From Amoebidium appalachense (Eukaryota > Protista > Ichthyosporea): DNA of 64,000 nt. Below the pieces are notes generated by a model, which worked only from the letters and a program-made list of their open reading frames with translations, searched no databases and had not been told where the DNA came from. Positions 13,274 to 64,000 of the stretch are shown one piece after another; position 1 is the stretch's first letter; the number at the start of each line of letters is the position of its first letter. The stretch spans positions 11,030,328 through 11,094,327 of the forward strand of contig CAVNZM010000002.1 of NCBI GenBank assembly GCA_963693365.1. Reading direction: 5' to 3'. Both the position numbers and the translations under genes were made by a program.

Positions 13274-14307
13274 GTTTGCGGTTCAACTGTAGTTATGTGC
13301 ACAAAACGCGCAGACAAGGGTATATACTCCCGTGCCGATAATCGACAAGCTGACCTTCAGAAAGAGACGTGAGCCTTTTTATACTTTCGGGGGATTCATT
13401 TTGCCAACCAATAGCGTTACGCCTTGTCGAACACCCAATAAGATGTACGACTGTCTCAGCGGATTTGCCGGGCCGACAGGGACAACATTTATTTACCCGC
13501 CAGCAGCTGCCAGCCAAAAGGCTTGAAAAACGAAGCACAGCTGTCTACCACAATCTAATTCAAGAGATAAAATAGAAAATATTTTGAATAATTCTTTTGG
13601 TTTGTTGAATGCTCCATTTTGGTATATGCTGGAAGAGATGAGCTTACACTATGTACGTACTCAGCGCACGATCAGCGTGAACCGGCAACTCGTATACGTG
13701 ACAGTTCCACAACGCGAACGTGATCCCGGGCCCCGGGGCCGACAGTTGACAAGGTATGCAACATACAAAAGTTAATGAAAATTATACAGCAACTTTCTAC
13801 ATAAGGGAAAGTACAGCAGAAAGATTTTTTTCTCTGACGTTACTGGCAATTATTTAGTAAGCCATTTTTTGTTGTCACGTTCACCGGGACTCCAAGACTT
13901 ACATAGACTACTGTGTATGCTTCCTTTCGAAATCCCCTATCGAATCATATCGCCCGAAAGGATCACTGGAATGTGACGTCGTTGTGTTCGAAGATTCCAT
14001 GACCCGACCGCATGCCATGATGCGGACTTGTATTCGTATATATGTGTTTGTCTTTATTTTTATGTGGATAATAAAGTTTCTAAAGCATTGATAGATATTT
14101 GTCGTTAATTCCGGAGAATTTATGCACTGCAGGCTGCAGCACAATATTGCGACTCTTGCCACATGTGCTGACCTGTCGACGCAACGGCTAATGTACATGC
14201 GCACCTGGCACGTGCCACCGGGTGTCGACGTCACAGTGGCAGTATCACCATCGACCAGTGCCAGGTCATGCATGCGGATGGCCAACGCACACCGGGTCGG
14301 ACGCAGG

Positions 14308-14930
<623 letters not shown>

Positions 14931-15481
14931 AGAAACACGTGCACACGCTTGCGTGCATTGCATCTCGGCTGACTTTGAATGCTGCAGAATGCATCATCAA
15001 ATTATCTAGAGATTTTTCGTTTTTCTGAACCCAAAATGATACAAAATCTGCATTCAATAAAGACTAATAACACCCAAAATCGATGTTTTCCATTCACAAA
15101 GCGCATGCAAAAGGTCCGGGCCACTTCAAAAATCCACATTCAACCGTTGAAAATGCACCACGAGCGCGGCAGATTCTACATACATTATTTGATACATACC
15201 GTAATAAGATAATCTGATCGCGTGTAGCCAATTGTGAGCACTTGCAGTTGTTCTCCAATCAAAACTAAGAAAAATTAGCAATATATGGCAAGTAAACGCA
15301 AAAGCGACTTTCTTTATATGGCAAGTGCATGCTTTTGACGTCACATCAGCGAGTTGACACAAACAAAGAAACGAACCGTTTGGCGCCAAAACAGTCCGAA
15401 AAAACGTACACCAGCGTACATGTATAGCTGGGGCAATCACGTAGTTCTCACACATGCACAGGCAGGTGAAATACAGCAAAA

Positions 15482-21511
<6,030 letters not shown>

Positions 21512-22623
21512 ATCGAAGGGGGGGTGGGGAGGGGAAGGGGGGAGGGGGGGGGAGGGGGGGGGGGGAGGGGGGGGGGGGGGGGGGGGGGGGGGAGGGGGCA
21601 TGCATATATACTTTCATAGCCTGCGGATTAACTAACTCCGAGGTTTAATATATAGAACTGAAGTTCCCTGTCTCCCGGGGGTTATACCTACATGTATATG
21701 TTGATGGGCATGGGCATGATTTTATATTTATTGATATCGTTAGTATACATACTAGAGTTATTTTCTAGACCTACGGGTTATTCATCATCTTCTCCTTTGA
21801 ATCGTGTTGAAAATCCCTTGATCAGATCGTGTGATAATGATGATTTAGGTATATGGTTTATATTGACTGATATCGATGTTGAAAATATCTCTGTTAATCT
21901 TTGCTGTTAATACGTCGCCTAATAACTAAGTTGAAAACGTTTGTATGTTACCGGGCCGCTGGATGGCAGGTGTGTTGTTTATAAATTCTCCCCCTTCTTG
22001 AAATTGTCAAGCAAGCAGGCTGGATCCATGTGATGTATTGTACATATGCATCGACATAGCCTTGTTGTTGAATATTTGTATGGTACCTGGCCGCTGGATG
22101 GCAGGAATGTAGTTTGTGTTTAGAGCCTCGACCTTTTGTCTAAGTATTGTTAACATATGATGTATGAACACGGGCTGAAATCACGATGTTCGTAGATTTT
22201 CAACTCGTACTGTCTACTTCATACATATGTCAATATTATGGTTATACCTTTTTATATACGAATAGTACCTGGCTGCTGGTTGGCAGGTCTGTTAACATGT
22301 CGACATGTTGCCCACCAGACTTAATTATTAAACAATTACAGGTTGGATCCACACAGCATGAATCCGGCCCCGCGGTGGCAGATCGATGTTCCCCACACAA
22401 AACATGCAGATTTTACACGCCATTTTTGGCAGGTGGCTATGGAACTCTCTCTCTCTCCCCCTCTGCACATGGCACATACTGGCTACGGTCCATGGCCGTT
22501 AACGTTACCACCACCAATCCAATCCCCCCCCCCCCCCAACCCCCTTTTCGACCCCGATTCAGCATACACATATGCATAAGTACACACCCATCTAGTCTTG
22601 GTGGTGGTGGTGGTGGTGGTGGT

Positions 22624-22660
<37 letters not shown>

Positions 22661-23355
22661 CTAACTGCAACTCTGGGAGGTTACCCAATGCATGGGGGAA
22701 ACTTCACGTTTTGGGGGTGGAGCCAGAGCAATTCTCACCGGCGCCGGCAGCGGCTAAACCTCCGTAGTCTGACAGCGTACACCAGTCTTTATTGAACCTT
22801 CAGGCTAACGGTACTCCCTCCCTTCTCCCAACAAAGAAAATTCAGTCTATACGCACCTGACCACACATGCAGGCCGTGTGCTCATGTACATGCTACACTA
22901 TCTCGGTCGTACTTACATGTTGTGTGTGTGCGTGTGTGCAGGTGTGCATGCGTGGCCGTGGGGTTGAAAATGGAACTTCGGGGTGGGTGGGTGGATGGGT
23001 AGGTCCACTATAAATTACGATTTTATAAACGTTGAGAAAGGCCAGGGAAAAAAAAACAAAAAAACAAAACAAAAAAAAAAAACATTTTCACAAGCAGTCA
23101 TCCATTCATTCACCAACAGGTCCTTTCCATGCCTCGCAACAACAAAGCCCACCCATGTTTACTCTTTCTCACTTACTCATATGCCCCACACCAACATATC
23201 TCCCCAGCCAGGGCCTTATACTGATTGGTGAACTTTAACTTATAGAACACCTATTTACCATGCCATAAGTAATATTAGAGAGATAATCTGCCCTAGCTTC
23301 CCGCATTCCCGCATTCATACGTGACTTGCCATAAAAGGTAACTGCTATTACGTAA

Positions 23356-23715
23356 TTACAATGCCCGCCTGAAAATGACCGTGCTTGTCGTTTGTCCCGT
23401 TTGGCCCCCAAATGTGAAGGTGGGTGCCTTGACCTTGGAGTGATAAGAGAGCTCCCCTGCCCCATCCATCACGTCAGTATGTGTAACATTGCGCCTATAA
23501 AAAAAGAAAAACAAAACAAAAACAAACAAACAAGCAAGCAAGCAAGCAATCAAACAAAACACACATACACACACAATAAAAACGGTGTATATGCCCTTGC
23601 ATGTATGTGCAAACCCAGGCCTGACCATGCGTATGTGTGCACAATACACCTGAGACACCCTGCAGTGTATTTGTGCATGTGTGCGTGCGTGTATGTGTGC
23701 ATGTGTGCATGTGTG

Positions 23716-23766
<51 letters not shown>

Positions 23767-23975
23767 TGTTGTGTGCGCACGCACGTGTGTGTGTAATTAT
23801 GTAGGTGTGTGTGTGTGTGTGTACAGGGCACCCTGCTATGCCCCTTATACTATGTGCTGCCCTACCTCCATGGAACGTCTTTCGAAGCTCCTCCTCTGTC
23901 CAGTTGCAGCTTGTGATGATGAACAGCCCCCCGGGCACGAGAGCCCTGGTCACTGCATCGTGTGTGTTCGTGTTC

Positions 23976-24036
<61 letters not shown>

Positions 24037-24407
24037 CATGTGTGGGAGGGAGAAGCAGGGAATGGATGGATGGATTAAGTGTTTTGGTGTGTGCATGAGG
24101 GTGTTACGGAAGGTGGATGGACATATCACATGTGTTTATACACAGTTTGGAGTAGAAGCGTAGGTCTGAGGTGGTTAATAGGACGATCCGGCAGTATGCA
24201 ATACATACAAAAAAGCCCTGGGGAAGAGGAATGTAGGCCCCCCTGCAGGAAATCGTACTCGTGTGTTGCCCTCGAAACATGAGCTCAAAAGGGGGGAAAA
24301 GCCAATACCAAGCGAAGACGTGTTTCTGGTGGCCTGCCGAGGTGGCTTGTTGTTGCTGTTATTCGCTGTGATTGCGACGGTGGTGAGTGAGTGTTGTTGT
24401 CTGTCTG

Positions 24408-24482
<75 letters not shown>

Positions 24483-25470
24483 TGTGTCTGTCAATGTTTG
24501 AAACCCACCTGACTGCACGTACTGTAGCCTCAGGTCCCCATCCGGACACAGGCAGATGGCATCGTAAGTGCCTGTGCAGTCATCCTCACGTCAGCATCAC
24601 TTCATCCCCCCCCCTCCCCCTCCCCTCCTTCTTTCTCTCCCCCCGGGGGGCTCTCTTCGGTGCAAGTGCACACGTTTCACATGCTTGCCAACACACAAGC
24701 ACTTCACATAGCCTCCACCACCTAATTGGTATACAAGGTGCACACAGGGTAGGCATGCAAGATAGGTACAGCCGTCATGGCAAAGCCTTCAGACTGCATT
24801 CACAACGGTTCTCGGTCAACGTCGTGACCCCCCCCCTCTCTTTGCCCCACATACACGGCTAAGCAACACTGTAAGAGGCAGGGGAGCAAAAAAAGGGGGA
24901 GATAAGAGAGGCAGAGGGAGAGAGGGAGAGAGGGACAGAGAAAGGGGGGGGGGGGGGGGGGGGGGAGGGGGGGGGGGGGAGAAGGGGGGAGGGAGGGAGG
25001 GAGGGAGGGAGGGAGGGAGGGAGGGTGTGTGTGTGTGTGTGTGGTTGTGAGCGAGGTACCCACCTTTGTCTGTGATGACGTCAAACTGGCCCAGGCCCAA
25101 TGCATCCAACTGCAGGCAATCCCCTACCTGTTCCAGGAGAGTGTCAGCTCACTATTGATATCCCCCCCCCCCCCCCCCCCCCCCCCCCCCAGGGAGAAGA
25201 AAGAAAGAAGAAAATAAAGAAAACAAGGGAAAAAACACCTTCTCAGTGAATCACCACCACCACAGACAACATTTGATGATCAAAATTGCAGCCTCCCAAC
25301 GATCATCCTCCTCTTCATAAGGTATGAACATAAAACACTGTGAAACGCCTTGTTCAGTCGTCAATCGACACAAAGCAAACAGGCAGTGTGGGTGGCCCGG
25401 CACGTACACAGCCAATCGAATATCCCTTGTGTCTAGCGTGCACGTGGATGAGCCAGTGCATGTGCATGTG

Positions 25471-25511
<41 letters not shown>

Positions 25512-25580
25512 ATGTGTGTGTATGTGTGTGCATGCATGCATGTGTGTGTGTGTGTGTGTGTGTATGTGTGTGCATGCATG

Positions 25581-25615
<35 letters not shown>

Positions 25616-25819
25616 ATGCATGCATATGTGTGTGTGTTGTGTGTGTGTGTGTGTGTATGTGTGTGCATACACATACGTGCATGTATGAGTGTGAGTGAGT
25701 GTGTGCGTACGTGTTTGTGTATGCATGTGTGTGTGCGCATGTGTGTGCTGAGCTGCGCGTGTGTGAATGTGGCGACACACACACACACATACACACACAC
25801 ATGCGCGTGCGCGCACGAG

Positions 25820-25878
<59 letters not shown>

Positions 25879-27504
25879 TTTCAATTTCAACAAAAAAAGG
25901 CAACGAATGAAAGTATCGTATATCACTGGGTAGTTAGGAAGGAGGTATGGATTGAGAAGATGACCTTAAAAAAGCAAAGCATAAGAGAGAAAGAAATGGT
26001 GGAGGAGAGAAAGGTGGTCATGAAAATTTTGATCCCATCAAGTTTGGTAGGAGGCATGCAGGTGCACGTACGACATAGTTGATGCTCAGTTCCTCGTCAC
26101 GTGCTATGGACCGGGCCAGGTCGATGGCTGCCTGCGAGTAGTCCATCCCGTGCAGGTTGCTGTAGCCCTCCTTGGCCTGGCAGCAGAAACATTATAAGCA
26201 AAATATCCAGAAACATTCACGAGAATATATACGGAAAAATATTGTCGAAGTGTCTGATGTATCATTTACCAAACATTGCACCAGACAAAAAAAACATATA
26301 CATCAAAATGTTTTATTTGCCAAAATATTCACGAGAATATATATCGAAAATTTTGCCGAAATGTTTGATGTATCATTTACCAAGCATGTACCAGATGCAT
26401 TTATACAAATTATTCGCTGTTTTATGTACTAAGATATGTAATGCTATAACTGACAGAGCAATAGACCTGATAAAGAGCAGCCGACTCGGACCTCCCCCCA
26501 ACATAGAAAATGTGTATTCATTTTGATAAGCCCCATTCCACCTGTGAGCCAGCACACGATCTCCCCCCCCCCCCCCCCCCCCCCCCCCCACATTCCCCCC
26601 CATACAAAGCACACATCCCTGCCTCACCCCCCTATGCACACACACACAGCCCTACCCTGCCTCCCCCCCCCCTCCCCCCTTCCCTCCCCCCCCCCCCCCA
26701 ACCCCCCTCACACTGTCATCTTCTTATACACACTGACATCCCTCTCCTCCTAAAATACGACACACACACACTTCCCCTGCCCACATACACCCACACCCAC
26801 ATACTACTCCCCCCCCCCCCCCCCCCCCTCCCTCCCCCAACCACCACCCCCCAAAAAAAAGAAAAGAAAAAACGAAAACAAAAACATGCTCCACTCACCC
26901 ACCCACCCACACCCAGCTACCCACCCACCCACACCTATACTCATAACCCCCCCCCCCCCCCCCCCCCCCCCACCACCACACACATGCACATGCACACACA
27001 CCCAAACCCCCCTCCCCCAAACCCCCCCACACACCCTCCTCCCCCCCCCCCCCAACCCACCTCCCCCCTCCCTCCCACCCACCCACTCCCCCCCCCCCTC
27101 CCCCCCACACACACACACACGCACACACACACATGCACGCACCAGCTCGACCAGCAGTATGCCGTTGCCACAGCCCAGGTCCAGCACCTTTGCGTCTGTC
27201 GGCAACCCCTCCCTGTCCATCCACCGCACCATGCGCTCCACACTGTCCTCCCCAAACCTGCAAACGAGAAAACACACCACTCAGTTACACAATCAAAGTC
27301 CATCAGCACCCCGAGACACATCTTGATGACTAATACGTGAAATCAAAGCGTTAAGGCGGGCAACTATGAATCAACCGCCTGGGGTTGAAAGTAACCCGGA
27401 AAAACGTTTCCTACTCTTATGACTTGGTATCATGTTTCCTTGTTCACACTGCATGTCGGATCCACGAACACTATCTAATGATATCCCCATGCCGACACAT
27501 GGAG

Positions 27505-27573
<69 letters not shown>

Positions 27574-27700
27574 GGTCTTCTTACAACCCCTTAAGTCGCA
27601 ATCCAGCTGTGCCCACCCCGTGCAGCCGAAAAACGTGGGTCAACCCTCTCTCGTCAATCTCTCATCTTCCTTCGAGTTAAATACCTTTCCCGTGTGTGTT

Positions 27701-27744
<44 letters not shown>

Positions 27745-28265
27745 TTGGGGAGGGCGGAGGGGGCTAGTGACGGGGATAGGAAGCGGGTAAGAGGGGGGGG
27801 GGGGGGGGGGGGGGGGAGGGGGGCGGGGGGGGGGGTGAGGGGAAAGAGGGCGCACCCACCAGACCTCGCCCACATCTTTATGGTCGTTGAAGTTACGCAG
27901 TTCTCTCTCGTACACGTCATCCCAGCTGCAAAACTTTGTCAGATCTATACGAGAATCCCTCCTCCTTTATCCTTCCCCCCCCCCCCCCCCCCCCTCCCCC
28001 CCCCCCCGTCCCTCCTGCCCACCAGGCCTTGAGGTCAAACATCTACCAGATGTGCCCGAGACATACTTAAGGCTTAGCGTGGACAGCCTCAAGGGAACGG
28101 AACGGTAGGAGAGATTGATGGGATCTATGGTGCATCCTCTTCGGGGCTTTCCTAACACGTCTTTTGCTCCAGTTATGGCTGTGTGAGGGAAGCTTACTGC
28201 TGCTTGGTGCCCAGGGCGGACTCTGGCAGCCGCTCAACGGGAACAGTCTCTTCGTTTTCCGCCAT
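23356..28265 (-). CDS. EEF1AKMT2: EEF1A lysine methyltransferase 2 (METTL10 / yeast Efm4), 8 exons
   Basis: Exons 28265-28198, 27925-27860, 27257-27143, 26176-26072, 25127-25064, 24571-24509, ~23952-23868, ~23457-23356. Spliced protein reads SALGTKQHWDDVYERELRNF..GEVWFGE..VLDLGCGNG (SAM motif I)..GMDYS..DKGTYDAI..ITSCNWTEEEL..PTFTFGGQTG, the Efm4/METTL10 signature. All introns GT-AG and in phase. Confidence 0.93.
26212..26396. repeat. AT-rich imperfect tandem duplication (~112-bp period) in a METTL10 intron
   Basis: ATTCACGAGAATATATA..GAAAA..TTG.CGAA.TGT.TGATGTATCATTTACCAA.CAT occurs twice. Confidence 0.8.
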
Positions 28266-29160
28266 AGTTCCACTCGGAAAGAAAACCAAAGAAACAAACC
28301 CGGAATGCTAATTAGTTCAACTTGTAGCTTTGATCGTCAACTGAAGTTTCAGCTGGTGGTACACGTGAAGAAGGAAGGGATGTGTAGCACAAAGTCACGG
28401 TAGGTTAATTAAAATTCAAATCTGTTAAACCATACAGACGTTAATGTTGGTAGTTAAAATAAAACAAAAGTTAAATGTAGAATTTCAGAATTGATGCTTA
28501 CGCAAAAAAGAGTTGTTTAAGCTACACTGATCTTTTCTCTGGCCCGAGTCTCTAGATGGCCGTGGGCCCGGTGAAATTAGGAGAAAGCACACAGAGAAGC
28601 AGCATATATTGGGATGTTTAGAGAAGGGGACAAAGAGAAAACTAGAAAACCCACCGCAGTTTAGATAGCTTTCTACACACGCGTGTGCGCATTCGGCGCC
28701 TACCCCGTCAAGAATGAAGGTTGTTGCTCTCTCTCTCCTGGTCTCTTTCTAGTTCCGAAGGAATCCTCATTTCCATGTTTTATGGTGCTCTGTTGGTGGC
28801 ACAAGTAGAGCAGGCGTTCGCTGGAATGCAGAGGTGCGACAGTGCCTCCAGCGATAGCATATACCACATAATTGCCCGTTTTTTGGGGGGGTTAACCACG
28901 GTTACTTTGCTGCAAATGATTCATCAGCCATTCCGCTCATGTGTGTGCCTCGAACTGGACTTTGCGCTGCGCACGGAGAAAGTCGTGATCACATACAAAA
29001 TCGTAGCGGCCCGCACAACACTGCCCGGTTGACAGAGACCAACATCTATAAAAAATACTGGATTGAGCTCGCTTCTGTGCTCACAAGCACATAAGACACT
29101 GCCACAGTAGTAACTACCTAAACACACACCTCAAAAAATGCCCGTGGAAAGTCACCCGAA
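28266..29160. promoter_or_regulatory. Probable divergent promoter region of METTL10 and PLRG1
   Basis: Microsatellite-free interval between head-to-head housekeeping genes; it probably also holds the unlocated first PLRG1 exon. Confidence 0.35.
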
Positions 29161-29204
29161 ACATCTTCTGGCTCTTTAGCCTCCACCAACCTCCCTCCTC
29201 TCCA

Positions 29205-29236
<32 letters not shown>

Positions 29237-29834
29237 CCACACACACACACACAGTCAGCCCCCCCTCCCCTCCCCTTTCCGGCTTGCCTTCCTGCCTGTC
29301 CCCCTTCCCCTCCCCTTCCCCCTCCTCCTCCCCCCCCCCCCCCCCCTCTCCCCGCGTCCCACCTGTCATTATCTCCCATGCACACCCTCCTCCTACTCCC
29401 CTTCCCGATTTTTTTTAGTGCTTTTTTGCTTGCATTCCATGTTCTGCACGGGTTTCTTCGGTTTCGTGCCTTCCCCCCTCTTTAAACCTCCTTCCCGCCC
29501 CCTCCCCCCAGTCACCACTCTCTTAGTGCCTCCGTAGCCCTCGTATCATCTCTCCCCTCCTCCGTGTTCTGCCAGCTCGAATCACAACCCTACCTTTGGT
29601 TTCCTTCATCGCTCATCCCCCGACGCAAACCTTTTTACCCCTCCCCCCCCCCCCCCCCTCTCCCCCCTCCCCCCCCCTTCTTCTTCCCGACTACCAACAC
29701 CACCGCTACGTTTCTTTTATCCATGTGAATCTATTCTCCCTCCTCCTTTTCAGACAGTGCAACCCCGTCCCCTCCGCCTCCTTTCTTTCCACCCTATCCC
29801 AAACTGTGTGACCAACCACATCTCCAACCCACAG

Positions 29835-43307
<13,473 letters not shown>

Positions 43308-44014
43308 ATTTGGCATGTGGGTCTATTTTTGCCCCCTTACTGCGCGACCTAATTGCTCTATCAAAATAGCACATGGGTACCAGAGAACAAGCAACTATGT
43401 AACGAGTGCTATACGGGGCTTTTAAGTGGTACTGTAGGTTGTTCTTCGCACATCGTACCTTGTTTTTTCTTTAATCCCGTTCAGTGTGTATGTGTGTGTG
43501 TCTGTGTGCGGAAGAATGCAGCCTAATACTATATTAGTAGAGCCGGTGGGAGAGGGGGGGGGGGGGGGGGGAGATCATATATTGCGAGGCATTCTAAGTT
43601 ATGTGGATAACAAGGAAATGGGATATCCATACGGATGGCTTGGGCCTGCTTTGAGTTACTATTGTTTCCTTGCTGATTGTTTGGGCGCCTGCTTTTGCAT
43701 GTGTTATAATGTCCGGGAAGAATATGCGGGCTGCTGGCGGCCCTTGCAACAATTTATGCGCTGGCGCAATTACAGATTCTACGTACGATAAAGGCGTGAT
43801 TGTTTTTTCCACTAAAGAAAGCCACACGTGAACGCCCTTGATCAGCTGATCAATTGGTTCGAGGATATGACATATGAGTAAAGGATAGAATGTGAAGGGT
43901 GGACGTCACCTGGCACAGGCAATGTTTGCCAGGGCAATCCGAAAACCCTGATCTGATCAACCTCGTTTAGGGCCTAAATGGTCGGTTGTCCTTATAATGA
44001 CTCTCGCTCCTGTG

Positions 44015-44069
44015 TCCTATTTTGATTGATGTCTTGGCGGAACTCCTATTTTGATTGATGTCTTGGCGG

Positions 44070-44072
<3 letters not shown>
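44015..44072. repeat. Perfect 29-bp tandem duplication followed by poly-C
   Basis: TCCTATTTTGATTGATGTCTTGGCGGAAC x2. Confidence 0.9.
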
Positions 44073-44100
<28 letters not shown>

Positions 44101-44619
44101 ACCAAAACACACACAGACACACGCACCCAACCTAAACATAAACAAAAAAAAAAACGAGGGCCGCCATCGTCACATACGTAGGCTGCACACAGCTCAGTCA
44201 CCACACCATCACCTCGTTGTTCCTTAAATCTATCACTTCAGAGCTCCGGCTCTCTAGGTCCCGCCAAGGAACCCTAACATGCAGTCGTACTATGTACAAT
44301 CGGCCTCGCAAGAGAACTGTCAATCAAACTCCCTTCACTCACACACGCGCACGCATAATCAAAAACACAAAATTAATTAAAACAGAGAGAGGGGAGGGGG
44401 GGGGGGAGGGGCAAGGGGAAGGGGAATAAAGAAAAAACGATGAGCCGCGAGTATAATCACCAATCTCACCAACTCACAAAAATATCAAATTATCTATGTA
44501 GTTGCTGTGAATACGTGGGCTTCATGTCTGAAGCCTTCCAATCTTACTAACTTCCCTACTTACCATCACAAGCTCAAGTCCTTTGAAAGATCACGCCTGG
44601 TCAACTACCATAAAAGGCA

Positions 44620-55168
<10,549 letters not shown>

Positions 55169-55828
55169 GATGTTTTTTTAGTAAGTAACCCTCCAGCAAA
55201 CATTACCCTAACTCTTTTTGTGACAAATGACAAACGATGAAAACTGTTCTTCTTGTGACAAAGTTTGTGAGCCGTTCCGGATGCTCATCTTGTATATTTC
55301 AGAACTCATTGTATCCAATCAACAATGATTTTGCTAATACTGAATAGCCATATATGGCCTAACTATCCTGGGAAGTGCTAATGGCATTTTGCGCAAATTT
55401 CGTTAGGAATCGTCATCTGTTTTCCTTTTTGCCCTCCTCTCACAATGGTGCTCTGTCAGCCAACCGGATTTGTGCGCCCACGAATGTGTTGGAAAACTCG
55501 GAGCACGCAACAAACAGACAGATTTGCGTGACAGATTCGCTAAACGCCTTGTCTGAGATTCTGCACAAAGAATGAAAAATATACAGCATGGGTAGGTCAT
55601 ATGTATAAATCCATAGTGGATTAACAATTTAATCACGCTGGGGGAAAAAAACACTCACATTGTAGGTATGCACGGCCGATCCTTAACGGAAGTTGATCCA
55701 CACACTCAAGTGGACATCATACACTTAGGCAAAACAGGTGAAGGTAGTGCAAAAATAACGTGAGCTGTGTTAAGAACATCAAGTGATGAGAAGCCAAACC
55801 AACCCATCAGTATAGCGCAAACCCAAAT
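55169..55828. promoter_or_regulatory. Probable bidirectional promoter between the divergent AidB-like and PC-esterase-like genes
   Basis: 660 bp of microsatellite-free, AT-richer DNA between two head-to-head start codons. No specific motif identified. Confidence 0.45.
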
Positions 55829-63275
<7,447 letters not shown>

Positions 63276-64000
63276 GTGGTAGAAGTGGTGGGGATCAGAG
63301 GTGGGGGGAAAGTGAGGAAAGGGAGGGGGGATGTGGTTGTGCGCGTTGAAGTCAAGGATCTTAAGGAGATTCAGAAGGTTTAAAGAGGTGAGTAAAGGAG
63401 AGGCCGCGTAAGGTGAGGGAGGGTAATATTTGGGATGTGTGTTGCTGTGAACCCCTCATTTTCGGTTTTTCACTCTATGTAAGGATGTTGTTGTTTGGTT
63501 TGCTGTGGAGGGGATAACGGTTGTGTGACAATTGTGAACGTGTGCATATTCACGAGTTAGTTTTTAATTGTTGGGGTAAATGGAAAAATTAATCATACTC
63601 GTCTGTATGATGGTCCTCTGAATGATTTATGTTCTCTATGATTTGGCAATGTGATTTTGCATATCTGTGAAGGGTGTGCTGTATGGGTGTATTGCGCGAA
63701 TGAGGATAGGAGCTTGAAAACACGAAACTCAACAGCCAAAGTGAGTCAATGTAATTTTTCATATTAGAAAAAATTAGTTACTGCGAACTACTGTGGGGCT
63801 TTAGTTGCGTTAAATATTGGCCTCTTGGGTGCATGCCACGGTGTACATAACATTCATCCATTCATAAGGCTGGTAGACAATTGAATCAATGACTAGGCGA
63901 TCCGCAAAGATAATTGTACAAAAATATCCTAGTAAATACGGTGACTTATTATCTACCCTCAGCACCCGGTGTCTGTCCCTTCACGTTTTCGTCAAGCAGA

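Noticed and set aside
21948-22290. CRISPR-like array
   Set aside because: Only three imperfect repeats with unequal spacers over 100 nt, no cas genes, and a eukaryotic context.
28714-28721. ATGAAG|GT as a micro first exon of PLRG1
   Set aside because: Phase-compatible, but the donor (GTTGTT) is weak and there is no independent support, so the start was left unassigned.

Overview
Eukaryotic, intron-rich genomic DNA saturated with (CA)n/(GT)n, (GA)n and poly-C/poly-G tracts. Almost all ORFs in the supplied track are microsatellite artefacts. Manual exon chaining at GT..AG sites gives seven gene models: an intronless GT32/DXD glycosyltransferase whose natural N-terminus is frameshifted by a 26-bp tandem duplication (+); an intronless OFA-type MFS transporter (-); an 8-exon unknown gene with an acidic tract and two in-frame stops (+); EEF1AKMT2/METTL10/Efm4 (-); PLRG1/Prp46 (+); a 15-exon AidB-type acyl-CoA dehydrogenase with a mitochondrial-like presequence (-); and an NXPE/PC-esterase-like SGNH membrane protein with GDD in place of GDS (+). 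The strongest unexplained signal is a family of at least nine ~105-180 bp elements. They share a 3' end that runs into poly-C, vary in 5' truncation, and carry a remnant ORF end (xDDxGPP-stop). All eight copies inside identified genes are sense to the host gene, consistent with a poly(C)-targeting or poly(C)-tailed retroelement. Also notable are 3' splice sites preceded by (CA)n instead of a polypyrimidine tract, an exon bracketed by reverse-complementary variant microsatellites, and a perfect 41-bp-arm intronic hairpin. The organism cannot be identified from this window. Exon coordinates were read by hand and may be off by a few bases.
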